Below, piece after piece: positions 28,584 to 38,924 of a DNA stretch of 64,000 nucleotides. How positions within the stretch are numbered: the stretch's first letter is position 1; each line of letters begins with the position of its first letter. The stretch covers positions 31,369 to 95,368 of the forward strand of contig JBEIDW010000001.1 of assembly GCA_040383265.1 (NCBI GenBank), written 5' to 3'. The position numbers and the translations under genes are program-made. The stretch is from Hyphomicrobiales bacterium (GTDB lineage Bacteria; Pseudomonadota; Alphaproteobacteria; Rhizobiales; Aestuariivirgaceae). A model generated the notes under the pieces. That model saw only the letters and a list, made by a program, of their open reading frames with translations. It searched no databases and was not told the origin of the DNA.

Positions 28584-29499
28584 AGGCTTCCATCGACGTG
28601 TTCGCGCCACAAACGACGACGCCAACGCGCTCATCTTTTTCGGGCTTGTAGGCACCCGACAGAAGGGCAGCGAAGGCCGCCGCACCACCCGGTTCCGTGA
28701 CCAGTTGCATCTCGCGCCAAAGTTTGCGCTGGGCATTGCGGATATCGTCATCGGAGATCAGCGCCACGTCAGCGATGTGATTCTTCGCGATGTCGAACAT
28801 GAGTTTGCCCACCGTGGTGGCACCGAGCGAATCCGCTGCAAGGCCCGACGTCTTCACCGCCACGCGGTCGCCTGCGGCAAGCGAAGCATGCAGCGTGTTG
28901 CACGTGAAGGGCTCGACGCCAACGATCTTCACACGCGATTGGTACCACGCCGCGATGCCGCCAATGAGGCCGCCGCCCCCCACCGCAACGAGCAGCGTAT
29001 CGATACCCGGAGCCTGTGCTTCAAGCTCGCGCGCCAGCGTACCCTGACCTTCAAGCGTCGGCTGGGCGTCATAGGCGTGAACACTGGTTGCGCCGCTTTC
29101 GGCGATATAGGCTTCGCAGAGCGCCAGCGCCTCGGAATAGTTTGCGCCGCGCTGCACGATGTCCGCCCCATAGGAGGCGATGCGCGCGACCTTGGCGGGT
29201 GACGAGATGTCTGGAACGAAGATCCTCGCCCTGTGACCAAGCCGTTGCGCGGCATAGGCCACCGCCGCACCATGATTGCCGCCAGACGCAGTGGCAACAC
29301 CGCCTGCGCCAACTGCCGCGCCAAGCAGCGTGTTGAACGCCCCGCGGGACTTGAAGCTGCCCGCATGCTGAAGCAGTTCGAGCTTGAGCGTGACGGGCAG
29401 TTCGACGCCTTCGACCACAACATCGACCACCGGCGTGCGCCGCACATGGCCCGTGATACGCTGGGCAGAACGGGTGATGGCTTCGCGCGTGATGCTCAT
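28564..29499 (-). CDS. PLP-dependent threonine/serine dehydratase family protein
   Basis: KLELLQHAGSFKSRG, ASGGNHG, VGGGGL, EPGGA, CGAN. Confidence 0.9.
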   Translation of the reverse strand: MSITREAITRSAQRITGHVRRTPVVDVVVEGVELPVTLKLELLQHAGSFKSRGAFNTLLGAAVGAGGVATASGGNHGAAVAYAAQRLGHRARIFVPDISSPAKVARIASYGADIVQRGANYSEALALCEAYIAESGATSVHAYDAQPTLEGQGTLARELEAQAPGIDTLLVAVGGGGLIGGIAAWYQSRVKIVGVEPFTCNTLHASLAAGDRVAVKTSGLAADSLGATTVGKLMFDIAKNHIADVALISDDDIRNAQRKLWREMQLVTEPGGAAAFAALLSGAYKPEKDERVGVVVCGANTSMEAFSQLFA

Positions 29500-30425
29500 T
29501 CGGCGGGGGCCAGATTGATGGGCGCTTCGCCCTTGCCGCCGAACACCTCATCATAATGGCGCTTCTGCGCCTGCGCGGCGGTCAGCGCATTGCGCATGAG
29601 AATCGAGACGGTGACGGGGCCAACGCCGCCGGGAACTGGCGTGATCCAGCCTGCGGTTTCAGCGCAGGCGTCATAGTCGACATCGCCTACGGTGATATTC
29701 TTCCCGCCTTCCTCGATCTGGTTGATGCCGATGTCAATGACGGCGGACCCAGGCTTGATCATGTTGGGGGTGATGAAGCGCGGCTTGCCCACAGCCACGA
29801 AGATCGCATCAGCCGCGCGCGAGTGGACGGCGAGATTGCGCGTCATGTGATGGCAGACGGTAACAGTCGCCCCTTCCGACATGAGCAGGAAGGCGATGGG
29901 CTTGCCGACGATTTCGGAGTGTCCGATCACCACCACCTCAAGCCCCTCCAGCTTGAGTCCGGTGCGCTTGAGAAGCTCCACCGAGGCCGCCGCCGTGCAG
30001 GGCGCAATGGACGTGTCGCGGTAGACGATATTACCGATCGAGGCCGGGTGCATGCCTTCCACATCCTTCAGCGGGTGGATGGCAGTCTGCAATTCGCGGA
30101 TATCCAGGTGCTCCGGCACCGGACGCTGGATGATGACGCCGGTGACGCGTGGATCGGTGTTGAGCGCCTGCAGAAGGCCCAGCATCTCGACACGCGACAC
30201 AGCGGAAGGAAGGTTCCGCTCCTCAAACAGGATACCGGCGCGCTCCGCACCGCGCGCCTGATTCCGGACATAGAGGCTGACCGCCGGCACATCGCCAATG
30301 GTGATCGACACGAGCTTCACCGGCCAACCCTTGGCGGCCAGTTCCTCAACCCCGTAATAGACATTGCGGGTGATCTCTTCGGCGACGGGCTTGCCCATCA
30401 GGGCGTTGTGGCGGTTAACGGTCAT
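29496..30425 (-). CDS. folD: Methylenetetrahydrofolate dehydrogenase/cyclohydrolase
   Basis: KDVEG, PCT, GHSEIVGKP, IDIGIN, GDVD, TPVPGGVGP; start trimmed to MTVNRH. Confidence 0.92.
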   Translation of the reverse strand: MTVNRHNALMGKPVAEEITRNVYYGVEELAAKGWPVKLVSITIGDVPAVSLYVRNQARGAERAGILFEERNLPSAVSRVEMLGLLQALNTDPRVTGVIIQRPVPEHLDIRELQTAIHPLKDVEGMHPASIGNIVYRDTSIAPCTAAASVELLKRTGLKLEGLEVVVIGHSEIVGKPIAFLLMSEGATVTVCHHMTRNLAVHSRAADAIFVAVGKPRFITPNMIKPGSAVIDIGINQIEEGGKNITVGDVDYDACAETAGWITPVPGGVGPVTVSILMRNALTAAQAQKRHYDEVFGGKGEAPINLAPAE

Positions 30426-30459
30426 GCTCGGCACTTTCCTCGAAATTCCTGCCTCTTTG

Positions 30460-31161
30460 TCACGCGTTGATCTCCATGCGCAAGCCCCTTTGGTCAAGCG
30501 GCGGATCGGCTGGAAAACGGCGGGATGTTCCAGCCAGGATGCGCCGCGCGCTCCAGGCGCAGGCACAGGCATCAAGAAGATCATCCGCCCCGACATCGGC
30601 CCGGCGGTAGGTGGCGGCAGGCAGATCGTCCACTGGAAAGCGGGCGGTGCGGAGAAGGGCTTTCCGCAACTCCAGCCCCGGCGGATTGGCCTTGCCCTTG
30701 ACCTTCTTCGGTAGCGCCAGTGGCTTTTCACCATGCATCGCCCAGAAGGCCAATTCGGGGTGTACCTCGAAGACGCGGTCTTGGAGGGCGGGCGTCAGCA
30801 GCGCGTCGATCTCCCGCATCTTGGGGAAGATGTGGAAGATCTGCTTCGCCACTTTCTTTGGCGGGTCGGAATGGGAAAGATTGGCGGCGCAGGCCTCGCG
30901 GTAATCCGTGCACATCACCGCGGCGCGGGCGGGAACGGAGAACACGCTCGATTGCCGTTCGCCCAGTTTCGCGCGCACCTGACGTTCCGACTCACGGCCA
31001 GAGAGTTGTGGAAAGCCGATGGGCATGTCCACCGCGATGACGTCCGCCTCCATCGCCAGCACCTCAGCGAAGCTGCGGCAGAGATGATGCGAGAGCGTTT
31101 CGCCCCAGCGCACGGCGATCCAGCCGCCGGGACAGCCATCAACACCGATGACGGCGTTCAT
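30460..31161 (-). CDS. DUF429 domain protein (predicted RNase H-like fold)
   Basis: IGVDGCPGGW, VDMPIG, EVHPE, DDLLDA. Confidence 0.82.
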   Translation of the reverse strand: MNAVIGVDGCPGGWIAVRWGETLSHHLCRSFAEVLAMEADVIAVDMPIGFPQLSGRESERQVRAKLGERQSSVFSVPARAAVMCTDYREACAANLSHSDPPKKVAKQIFHIFPKMREIDALLTPALQDRVFEVHPELAFWAMHGEKPLALPKKVKGKANPPGLELRKALLRTARFPVDDLPAATYRRADVGADDLLDACACAWSARRILAGTSRRFPADPPLDQRGLRMEINA

Positions 31162-31928
31162 GACGGATGAAGTGCGCCTGCCACGTCGAGCACAGGCGTT
31201 CCGGCACTCAAGGCAATGGCGCGCTGAAGCGTTTGCATGGCGGTGGCGAGCGCCTGCGGCGATGGCATGGACAGGCGCGCCGCGAGATAAAGCCCACTCA
31301 GGAAATCCCCCGTGCCATGCGGTACACTTGGCAATTTCGGGGTGGCAACGGCATGGACCTCATCCGCCGTGACCAGCAGGGTGGCAAGCATATCGCCTTG
31401 CGCCGGAATGGAGGTGGCGAGCACTTCAGGAATGCCAAGCACGCGCGCGGCGGCAATGGCGCTGGCCTCATCCGTCACCTCACGGCCTGAAAGCCAGGCC
31501 AGTTCAAACCCATTCGGCGTGAGGCAGGAGGCAAGTGGCAGGAGGTGGCTGCGAATTGCCTGTGCAACCGCTTCGGGTACATAGAGCCTGCCGTGGTCGC
31601 CAATCACCGGATCGATCAGCACAAAAGACGGATGGATGCGGGCGATCAGTTTGGCCACCTCCTCCACCTGTTCGGGCGATGCAAAATAACCTGTCAGCAC
31701 TGCATCAAGGTGTCTCAACGAGCCGAGGGCTTCGAGCGACGCCAGCATCTGCGCCATGTCCTCAGGCCCGGTGCGAAAACCCTTCGGCGCGCCGTGGCCG
31801 GGGTGGTTTGAAAGCGTGATGGTGGGAAGCGGAAGCACCTCGTGGCCCCTGGCCTGCATGGCAGGAACGGCGGCTGAATTGCCAACCGGCCCCCACACAA
31901 CCTGGCTTGAAATGCTCAACACCCGCAT
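31158..31928 (-). CDS. pdxY: Pyridoxal kinase (PdxK/PdxY family)
   Basis: LSISSQVV.G.VGNS, SNHPG, LTGY, DPVIGD, TPN.FEL, GTGD. Confidence 0.85.
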   Translation of the reverse strand: MRVLSISSQVVWGPVGNSAAVPAMQARGHEVLPLPTITLSNHPGHGAPKGFRTGPEDMAQMLASLEALGSLRHLDAVLTGYFASPEQVEEVAKLIARIHPSFVLIDPVIGDHGRLYVPEAVAQAIRSHLLPLASCLTPNGFELAWLSGREVTDEASAIAAARVLGIPEVLATSIPAQGDMLATLLVTADEVHAVATPKLPSVPHGTGDFLSGLYLAARLSMPSPQALATAMQTLQRAIALSAGTPVLDVAGALHPS

Positions 31929-33103
31929 CAGATGACATTCTTCTCGAACAGTGGCGTGTTCTGGCCGATCCGTTCGAAGCTGAAACGCGAGAGGTCAATG
32001 GTGCGGAAGCCGCCGTGAAGAATGAGTTCGGCAATCGCATTGCCTGCCGCCGGCCCCTGCTGAAGCCCGTGGCCTGAGAAGCCGTTGGCGAAAAGGAAGT
32101 TCTTCACCTCCGGGTGCGGCCCGATCACGGCATTCTGGTCGAAGGCATTATAGTCATAATGGCCAACCCATGCGCCAATCACCTTGATTGCCTCGAAGAG
32201 TGGTATGCGCTCAGCGAGTGCGGGCCAGATGCGCTCCTCGAACCATGCATAATCCACGTCCCAATCGAGCTCCTTTGGCTCGTCCTGTTCATCGGGCGAG
32301 AGGCCCGCGAGGAAGTTGCGGCCTTCGGGGCGGAAATAGCTGCCGCCGGGAATGACGGTGAGCGGTGCCTTGCGCAAGGCCTCCGTGGCCTGCGGGCAGT
32401 CCAGCACATAGACATATCGCTTGCGCGGACCAACGGGGAGTTCGATCCCCGCCATGGCGGACAGCAGGCCTGCGCCATAGCCCGCCGCATTGACGAGCAT
32501 TCCACAGGCGATGGTCTCACCGCCAGCGAGCGTGAGCCCCGTGACACTGTTTCCATCGCGCGCGACGGCTGTCACGTCCGCATTGATGAACTCCACGCCC
32601 TGCGCGAGAGCGGATCTGCGGAAGAGCGATGCGAAGATATAGGGGTCTACCCAGCCTTCTCCGGAAAGACCGAAGCATCCAGCCGCAAGGTCATCAGCCA
32701 TCAGCCATGGAAAGCGCGCGGACAGCTCATCCGTACCCAGCAGCAGGACATTATCCGCCCCATGGGCGATCTGCACGGCATGATTTTCCTCGAGGATGGA
32801 GAGCCCGCTGTCGCTGGCGAGAATCAGGTAACCCTGTTCCTTGAAGCCAATATCGGCATCTGGCCCGAACTCCTCCGTCAGGTTTTTCACCACGGTGACA
32901 CCGAATTTAGAGAGCGCAATGTTCTCCGGCGTCGAGAACTGCTGGCGGATTCCACCCACCGAAAGCGCGGTACAGCCTTTCTGGTAGCTCGTATCCTTCT
33001 CCACCATGGCAATAGAGCCGGTGAAGCCCGTTTTGCGGAGGTAATGGGCCGTGGCGCTGCCGACGATGCCAGCGCCCACAATCACGATGTCAAACACTCT
33101 CAT
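31928..33103 (-). CDS. FAD-dependent oxidoreductase (DAO/sarcosine oxidase superfamily, FOXRED1-like)
   Basis: GAGIVG, SVGGIRQQFS..ENI, EGW.DP, GHYDYN..DQN, GFSGHGLQQGPAAG; start uncertain (33103 or 33115). Confidence 0.87.
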   Translation of the reverse strand: MRVFDIVIVGAGIVGSATAHYLRKTGFTGSIAMVEKDTSYQKGCTALSVGGIRQQFSTPENIALSKFGVTVVKNLTEEFGPDADIGFKEQGYLILASDSGLSILEENHAVQIAHGADNVLLLGTDELSARFPWLMADDLAAGCFGLSGEGWVDPYIFASLFRRSALAQGVEFINADVTAVARDGNSVTGLTLAGGETIACGMLVNAAGYGAGLLSAMAGIELPVGPRKRYVYVLDCPQATEALRKAPLTVIPGGSYFRPEGRNFLAGLSPDEQDEPKELDWDVDYAWFEERIWPALAERIPLFEAIKVIGAWVGHYDYNAFDQNAVIGPHPEVKNFLFANGFSGHGLQQGPAAGNAIAELILHGGFRTIDLSRFSFERIGQNTPLFEKNVI

Positions 33104-33230
33104 GGCGCGCGACATTGCCCCAAAGCCATAGGGTGCCACAAGGGCGAAGCCATGCGGCTCATCCAAAAGTGGGCTTCCATTCATGCAATGCGGCGGCTAG
33201 CGTTGCACTGCAATAACCTACGGATATTCC

Positions 33231-34094
33231 ATGACCTTGCGAGCCAGACGCAGCGTTCTCTATATGCCCGGCGCCAATGAGCGGGCGCTTGAGAAGGCCA
33301 AGACGCTTGATGCCGATTGCCTGATCCTCGACCTTGAGGACTCGGTTGCCCCCGATGCCAAACCGGAAGCCCGCGCCAAGGTGGCTGCCGCCGTGAAGGC
33401 GGGGGGCTATGGCCGGCGCGAGCTCGTCATCCGCATCAACGGCCTCGATACGCCGTGGGGCGTCGATGACCTGAAAATGGCAGCCGAAGCAAATCCGGAC
33501 GCCATTCTGGTGCCGAAGGTGGCCACGCCCGGCGACATCGTGAATGTTGCGCGCATCCATGCCGGCATGGGGGGTGCTGAGGCCACGCGGATGTGGGCGA
33601 TGATCGAAACACCCCTGGCCATCTTCAACGTGCGCGACATCGCCTCCGGCCATCAGGCGGCAAGGCTTTCCTGCCTTGTGCTCGGCACAAATGACTTGCT
33701 GAAGGAATCCCGCGCGCTCGCCACCGGCGGGCGCTTCGCTATTCTCCCGTGGCTGTCGATGACGCTGCTGGCAGCCCGCGCCTATGGCCTCGATGTGATT
33801 GACGGCGTTTACAACGACTTCAAGGATGAAGCGGGTTTCCGGGCTGAATGCGAACAAGGCCGGACGCTGGGCATGGACGGCAAGACGCTCATCCACCCCG
33901 GCCAGATCGCTCTCTGCAACGCGATGTTCTCGCCGTCCGCAGAAGAAACGGCGTGGGCCCACAAGGTCATCAAGGCCTTCAAGCTGCCGGAGAATGCAGC
34001 AAAGGGCGTCATCACCATCGACGGAAAGATGGTGGAGCGGCTGCACCTCGCCATGGCGGAACGCGTGGCGGCCATCGCGGAGGTAACCTCGTGA
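33231..34094 (+). CDS. CitE-family CoA ester lyase / malyl-CoA thioesterase-like
   Basis: RRSVLYMPG, DLEDSV, MIETP, GTNDL, GKTLIHP, GKMVE.LH; coupled to mch. Confidence 0.88.
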   Translation: MTLRARRSVLYMPGANERALEKAKTLDADCLILDLEDSVAPDAKPEARAKVAAAVKAGGYGRRELVIRINGLDTPWGVDDLKMAAEANPDAILVPKVATPGDIVNVARIHAGMGGAEATRMWAMIETPLAIFNVRDIASGHQAARLSCLVLGTNDLLKESRALATGGRFAILPWLSMTLLAARAYGLDVIDGVYNDFKDEAGFRAECEQGRTLGMDGKTLIHPGQIALCNAMFSPSAEETAWAHKVIKAFKLPENAAKGVITIDGKMVERLHLAMAERVAAIAEVTS

Positions 34095-35143
34095 CGACCA
34101 AGACCAACCCCGGTAACTTCTTCGAAGACTTCAGGCTCGGCCAGAAAGTACGCCATGCCACGCCACGCACGGTGACGGTGGGTGACTCGTCTCTTTACAC
34201 CGCCCTTTACGGCTCGCGCTTTGCGGTGCAGTCATCAGACGCCTTTGCCAAGGCCATCGGCTATCCTGCCGCCCCAGCGGATGATCTCCTCACCTTCCAC
34301 ATCGTCTTCGGCAAGACGGTGCCGGACATCTCGCTCAATGCCGTCGCCAATCTGGGCTATGCCGATTGCCGGTTCCTGAAACCCGTCTATCCCGGCGATA
34401 CGCTGGCAACCGTTTCGGAGGTGATCGGCCTCAAGGAAAATTCAAACGGCAAGACGGGCACTGTCTATGTGCGCTCGGTTGGCACCAACCAGCGCGGCGA
34501 GGAGGTTCTCTCCTATGTGCGCTGGGTGATGGTGCGGAAGAAGGATGAATCCGCGCCCGCCCCCGAGGCCCATGTGCCGCAGTTGCCGAAACGTGTGGAT
34601 GTTTCAGCGCTTGGCGCGGCCTGCCCGGTGATCGATAACAAGACGTGGGATAACGGACTTTCCGGCTCGCCCCACCGCTTCGGCGATTATCATGTGGGCG
34701 AAAAGATCGACCATGTGGATGGCATGACGGTGGAAGAGGCCGAGCACCAGCTGGCAACGCGGCTCTTCCAGAACACCGCCAAGGTTCACTTCAACCAGCA
34801 TTCGGAATCTCAGGGCCGCTTCGGCCGCAGGCTGATCTATGGCGGCCATGTGATTTCACTGGCGCGGTCCTTGAGTTTCAATGGCCTCGCCAATGCTTTC
34901 CACATCGCCGCGATCAATGGCGGGCGGCATGTGGCGCCACTGTTTGCGGGCGGCACTGTCTATGCGTGGTCGGAGATTCTCGAAACGGCCGAACTTCCGG
35001 GCCGCAGCGACGTGGGTGCACTACGCATTCTGACGCGTGCCACGCGTGATCTTCCGTGCACGGATTCCCCGGTGGAGGATGGCGCGCCGGATAAACCGGG
35101 CGTTATCCTGGAGCTGGATTACTGGGCGCTGATGCCGCGCTGA
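34091..35143 (+). CDS. mch: Mesaconyl-CoA hydratase (double MaoC hotdog)
   Basis: KTNPGNFFEDF, HATPRT, VFGKTVPDISLNAVANLGY, EEAEH, QNTAKVHF, RLIYGGHVIS. Confidence 0.88.
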   Translation: MTTKTNPGNFFEDFRLGQKVRHATPRTVTVGDSSLYTALYGSRFAVQSSDAFAKAIGYPAAPADDLLTFHIVFGKTVPDISLNAVANLGYADCRFLKPVYPGDTLATVSEVIGLKENSNGKTGTVYVRSVGTNQRGEEVLSYVRWVMVRKKDESAPAPEAHVPQLPKRVDVSALGAACPVIDNKTWDNGLSGSPHRFGDYHVGEKIDHVDGMTVEEAEHQLATRLFQNTAKVHFNQHSESQGRFGRRLIYGGHVISLARSLSFNGLANAFHIAAINGGRHVAPLFAGGTVYAWSEILETAELPGRSDVGALRILTRATRDLPCTDSPVEDGAPDKPGVILELDYWALMPR

Positions 35144-35150
35144 CAGCGGC

Positions 35151-36185
35151 TCACGGAACGGGGGTCCACAACACCTGATCGATGCGCGTGGCGCCTGCCG
35201 CGAGCATGATGAGGCGATCGAGACCGAGGGCGACGCCGGACGCAGGCGGCATGATGGCGAGCGCTTCCAGCAGCTCGTCATCGATGGGGTAGCGCTCGCC
35301 GTAGGTTTGCTCCTTCACATCCATCTCTGCAATGAAACGGCGGCGCTGTTCGTCAGGGTCCGTCAGTTCGCCGAAGCCATTGGCCAGCTCCACCCCGCAG
35401 GCATAAAGCTCGAAGCGCTCGGCCACGCGCCTGTCCCGCGCGCAAGTGCGGGCGAGGGCCGCTTCCACGGAGGGATACTCATAGAGAACCGTGATGCAGC
35501 CGTTGCCCAACTGCGGCTCCACCTTCTCTGACAGGATGCGGCTGAAGATATCGGACCAGCTTTCGTCCTGGCCGAAGGCGACCGGAGACAGTGCGGCGAG
35601 CCTGTCCCGGTCCGCCGTCCCGTCATCGCGGATCGTGGACAAGAGGTCCACCCCGGCGTGGCGGATGAAGGCGTCATTGACGCTCAGCCAGTCAGCCTTG
35701 GCAAAGGGGTCGGCCTCCCGGCCCCGCCAGTGGAACAGCTTCGTGCCCGAAACCTCCGCTGCAAGCCGGACCAGCGCCAGCGTATCGGAGATGATGGTCT
35801 CGTAGGGCTCGTTGACCCGGTACCACTCCAGCATCGTGAATTCCGGGGCGTGTGTGAGCGTGCGCTCCCGGTTCCGCCAGACATGGCCCAGGGAGAAAAT
35901 ACGCGTCTCGCCCGCCGCCAGCAGTTTCTTGCAGGCAAATTCGGGCGATGTGTGCAGATAGCGCCTTTCGGATGTGCCATCCGGCTGGATCAAATCCGTG
36001 GAAAAACCATGGAGATGGGCCTCGTTGCCGGGGGAAACGGCAAGCGCAGCCACATCCACCTCCAGAAAGCCCTGCGCCTCGAACCAGTTGCGGATGGCGG
36101 AGATCATCCGGTTCCGGGCCAGCAGGAAAGGCCGCCGGTCGGCGTGGCGGGCGGGGTCGAACCAGCGGGACGGGGCTTCGGCCAC
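35151..36185 (-). CDS. epmA: EF-P lysine aminoacylase (GenX/PoxA)
   Basis: [46 protein letters not shown]; GTG start after an AAGGAG SD. Confidence 0.95.
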   Translation of the reverse strand: MAEAPSRWFDPARHADRRPFLLARNRMISAIRNWFEAQGFLEVDVAALAVSPGNEAHLHGFSTDLIQPDGTSERRYLHTSPEFACKKLLAAGETRIFSLGHVWRNRERTLTHAPEFTMLEWYRVNEPYETIISDTLALVRLAAEVSGTKLFHWRGREADPFAKADWLSVNDAFIRHAGVDLLSTIRDDGTADRDRLAALSPVAFGQDESWSDIFSRILSEKVEPQLGNGCITVLYEYPSVEAALARTCARDRRVAERFELYACGVELANGFGELTDPDEQRRRFIAEMDVKEQTYGERYPIDDELLEALAIMPPASGVALGLDRLIMLAAGATRIDQVLWTPVP

Positions 36186-36279
36186 GCGCAATCTCCTTGG
36201 GGGGTTGGCTTCCGGAATGGCCGCTGCTAATACCCCGCGCAACCCAATCCGGCAATTCCGGCAGAAACGAGAGACGAAA

Positions 36280-36852
36280 TTGGTCAAGGTTATTGCAAGC
36301 GGTGTCCGCAAGGGCAATGTCATCGAGCATGAGGACGGCAAGCTGTATGTCGTGCTGAAGGCCGAATCCATGCATCCCGGCAAGGGCACGCCGACGACGA
36401 CGATCGACATGCGCCGCATCTCGGACGGCGTGAAGACGGTCGTGCGCTACAAGACGACGGACCCCCTCGAGCGGGCCTTCGTCGAAACCATCACGCACTC
36501 CTATCTCTATCAGGATGGCGACAACTTCGTGTTCATGAATCCTGAGAACTACGAGCAGATCCAGGTGACGGGCGACATGCTGGGCGACTCGGCTCCCTTC
36601 CTGCAGGAAGGCATGGAATGCCAGATCGCACTGTTCAATGGAGCGCCCATCTCCATCGAACTGCCGCAGCGCGTGGTGCTCGAAATCGTCGAGACGGAGC
36701 CCGCCATCAAGAACCAGACGGCGTCGTCCTCCTTCAAGCCGGCGGTGCTCTCCAATGGCGTGCGCACCATGGTGCCGCCGCATATCGTCTCCGGCACCCG
36801 CATTGTGGTGGCAACGGAAGACGGTTCCTACGTGGAACGCGCCAAGGACTGA
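36280..36852 (+). CDS. efp: Translation elongation factor P
   Basis: [42 protein letters not shown]; TTG start. Confidence 0.96.
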   Translation: MVKVIASGVRKGNVIEHEDGKLYVVLKAESMHPGKGTPTTTIDMRRISDGVKTVVRYKTTDPLERAFVETITHSYLYQDGDNFVFMNPENYEQIQVTGDMLGDSAPFLQEGMECQIALFNGAPISIELPQRVVLEIVETEPAIKNQTASSSFKPAVLSNGVRTMVPPHIVSGTRIVVATEDGSYVERAKD

Positions 36853-36873
36853 GGCACAAACGCAATTGGGTTG

Positions 36874-36963
36874 CGCTCATCATGGCCGGGCTTGACCCGG
36901 CCATCTTTTTGGGCGGCCATCACACAAAAGGATGCCCGGCTCTGAGGCCGGGCATGATGAGCG
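36874..36963. repeat. REP-like composite palindromic element between convergent efp and htpG
   Basis: CGCTCATCATGGCCGGGCTTGACCCGGCCATC ... GATGCCCGGCTCTGAGGCCGGGCATGATGAGCG. Confidence 0.8.
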
Positions 36964-36970
36964 GCAAATA

Positions 36971-38848
36971 TCAGCCGAACGCCTTCGCCATCACCTCGCC
37001 CAAGCGGCGGGCGAAACCGACCGGGTCAGGAACCTGCTCGCCTTCGATGATGAAAGCCTGATCCAGCAGAAGCTGGGCTGCATCCTCCACCGAAGCCGCT
37101 CCCTTGGCGTTCACCTGCGCCGCCAGCGCCTTGATCAACCCATGAGACGGATTGATCTCGAGGATCGGGGCAGACACCGAGACGCCTGAATCCTGCTGGC
37201 GAGAGAGAAGCTTCTCGAGCGTCCTGTCCATCATGCTGTCATTGACGATGCAAACGGCGCTCTCAGTGAGGCGCTTCGAGGCGCGCACATCCTTCACCTT
37301 CTCGCCCAGCGCCTGCTTCAGCGCGGCGGCGAGGAGAGCGGTGGAGGCATCATCCCCGGCATCCGCCTTAGCGTCGTCCTTAAGGGGGATGAGGTCGAGA
37401 TCAGCAGCGCCCTGCGTCACCGACTTGAAGGGCTTGCCTTCAAACCCGAGTGCGGTGCGCACCCAGAAGGAATCGACCGGATCGGTGAGGAGCAGCACTT
37501 CCACGTCGCGCGCCCTGTAGCCTTCAAGCTGCGGCGAGGCCTTGGCCTTCGCGGCGTCTTCGGCGGTCAGGTAATAGATCGCCGTCTGGTTCTCTTTCAG
37601 CCCGGCGATGTAATCCTTGAGGCTCACCCAGTCGCCCTTGGTGGTCCTGAAGCGGACGATGTCATAGAGCTGGTCGCGGCGCTCCATGTCCTCGTAAAGC
37701 CCTTCCTTGATGACGGGGCCGAACACGTCCCAGACTTTACGGAAGGCGGCATCATCGCTGTCGGCCACCTTCTTGAGTTCGGAGAGCACCTTGTTGGTGA
37801 CAGCCTTGCGGATCGCCGCGACCTGCGGGTTGTTCTGCAGCATCTCGCGCGAGATGTTGAGCGGCATGTCCTCCGAATCGATCACGCCGCGCACGAAACG
37901 CAGGTAGGCGGGCAGCAGCTCAACGTCATCCGCGATATAGACGCGCTTTACATAAAGCTTCTGGCGGCCGCGGCGCTCCGGGTCATAGAGGTCGAACGGC
38001 TTTTCACCTGGCACATAGAGCAGCACTGTATATTCATGCCGGCCTTCGGCGCGGTAATGCAGCGTGATGGCAGGATCAGAATAATTGCCAGCGATATGAC
38101 CGAAGAACTCCTTGTGCTGCTCCGCCGTCACATCAGACTTTGAGCGCGTCCAGATGGCGCTGGCTGTGTTGATCTGCCGCGCGGTCTCGTTTCCGACGGC
38201 CAGCATGATCGGATGGGCGATGTGATCGGAATAGGTTCGGACGACGCTCTCGAGTTTCCAGTCCTCAAGGAAGTCAAGGGCATCATCCCGGAGATGCAGT
38301 ACGATGGAAGTGCCGCGTGGTGCGGTTTCAACCGGCGCAATTGTGAAGCTGCCTGAACCATCGGAGGACCACTGATATGCCTGGTCTGCGCCGGCCCGGC
38401 GCGAAATGACATCCACCTGCGACGCGACGATGAAGCCTGAATAGAAGCCGATGCCGAACTGGCCGATGAGTTGCACATCGCCCTGCACTGCCCTCGCCTT
38501 CTCCATGAAGGCCTGCGTGCCGGATTTGGCGATGGTCCCGAGATTCTCGATCAATTCCTGCTCACTCATGCCGATGCCGGTATCGGTGATGGTGAGTGTC
38601 TTCTTGTCCTTGTCGGGGATGAGCGTGATGGTGAGATCCGGATTGCCTTCCAGCAATGAGGGCTCGGCCAGCGCCTCGTAGCGCAGCTTGTCCAACGCAT
38701 CGGCGGCATTGGAGATCAATTCGCGCAGAAACACATCCCGGTCTGAGTAGACCGAGTGCACCATGAGATGCAGAAGCTTCGCGACTTCCGCCTGAAATTG
38801 ATGGGATGTTGCAGTGGCAGTCTGTGTTGCCGTCGTGTCGTTGGCCAT
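36971..38848 (-). CDS. htpG: Hsp90 chaperone HtpG
   Basis: FQAEV, FLRELISNAADA, DTGIGM, LGTIAKSGT, IGQFGIGFYS, LNISRE. Confidence 0.98.
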   Translation of the reverse strand: MANDTTATQTATATSHQFQAEVAKLLHLMVHSVYSDRDVFLRELISNAADALDKLRYEALAEPSLLEGNPDLTITLIPDKDKKTLTITDTGIGMSEQELIENLGTIAKSGTQAFMEKARAVQGDVQLIGQFGIGFYSGFIVASQVDVISRRAGADQAYQWSSDGSGSFTIAPVETAPRGTSIVLHLRDDALDFLEDWKLESVVRTYSDHIAHPIMLAVGNETARQINTASAIWTRSKSDVTAEQHKEFFGHIAGNYSDPAITLHYRAEGRHEYTVLLYVPGEKPFDLYDPERRGRQKLYVKRVYIADDVELLPAYLRFVRGVIDSEDMPLNISREMLQNNPQVAAIRKAVTNKVLSELKKVADSDDAAFRKVWDVFGPVIKEGLYEDMERRDQLYDIVRFRTTKGDWVSLKDYIAGLKENQTAIYYLTAEDAAKAKASPQLEGYRARDVEVLLLTDPVDSFWVRTALGFEGKPFKSVTQGAADLDLIPLKDDAKADAGDDASTALLAAALKQALGEKVKDVRASKRLTESAVCIVNDSMMDRTLEKLLSRQQDSGVSVSAPILEINPSHGLIKALAAQVNAKGAASVEDAAQLLLDQAFIIEGEQVPDPVGFARRLGEVMAKAFG

Positions 38849-38887
38849 GTCACCCTCTTCACAAACACGTGAATGTCATGGGTGCCG

Positions 38888-38916
38888 ATATCGGGTGCGG
38901 AATGCGAAGGGTCAAG
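38888..38916 (-). promoter_or_regulatory. Putative RpoH (sigma32) promoter of htpG
   Basis: Minus strand CTTGAC-N16-CCGATAT, about 40 nt upstream of the ATG. Confidence 0.6.
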
Positions 38917-38924
38917 GGGGATAG

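Noticed and set aside
33848-34090. Apparent N-terminal extension or fusion on mch
   Set aside because: Off-frame overlap with the lyase gene; GTG at 34091 matches the family start
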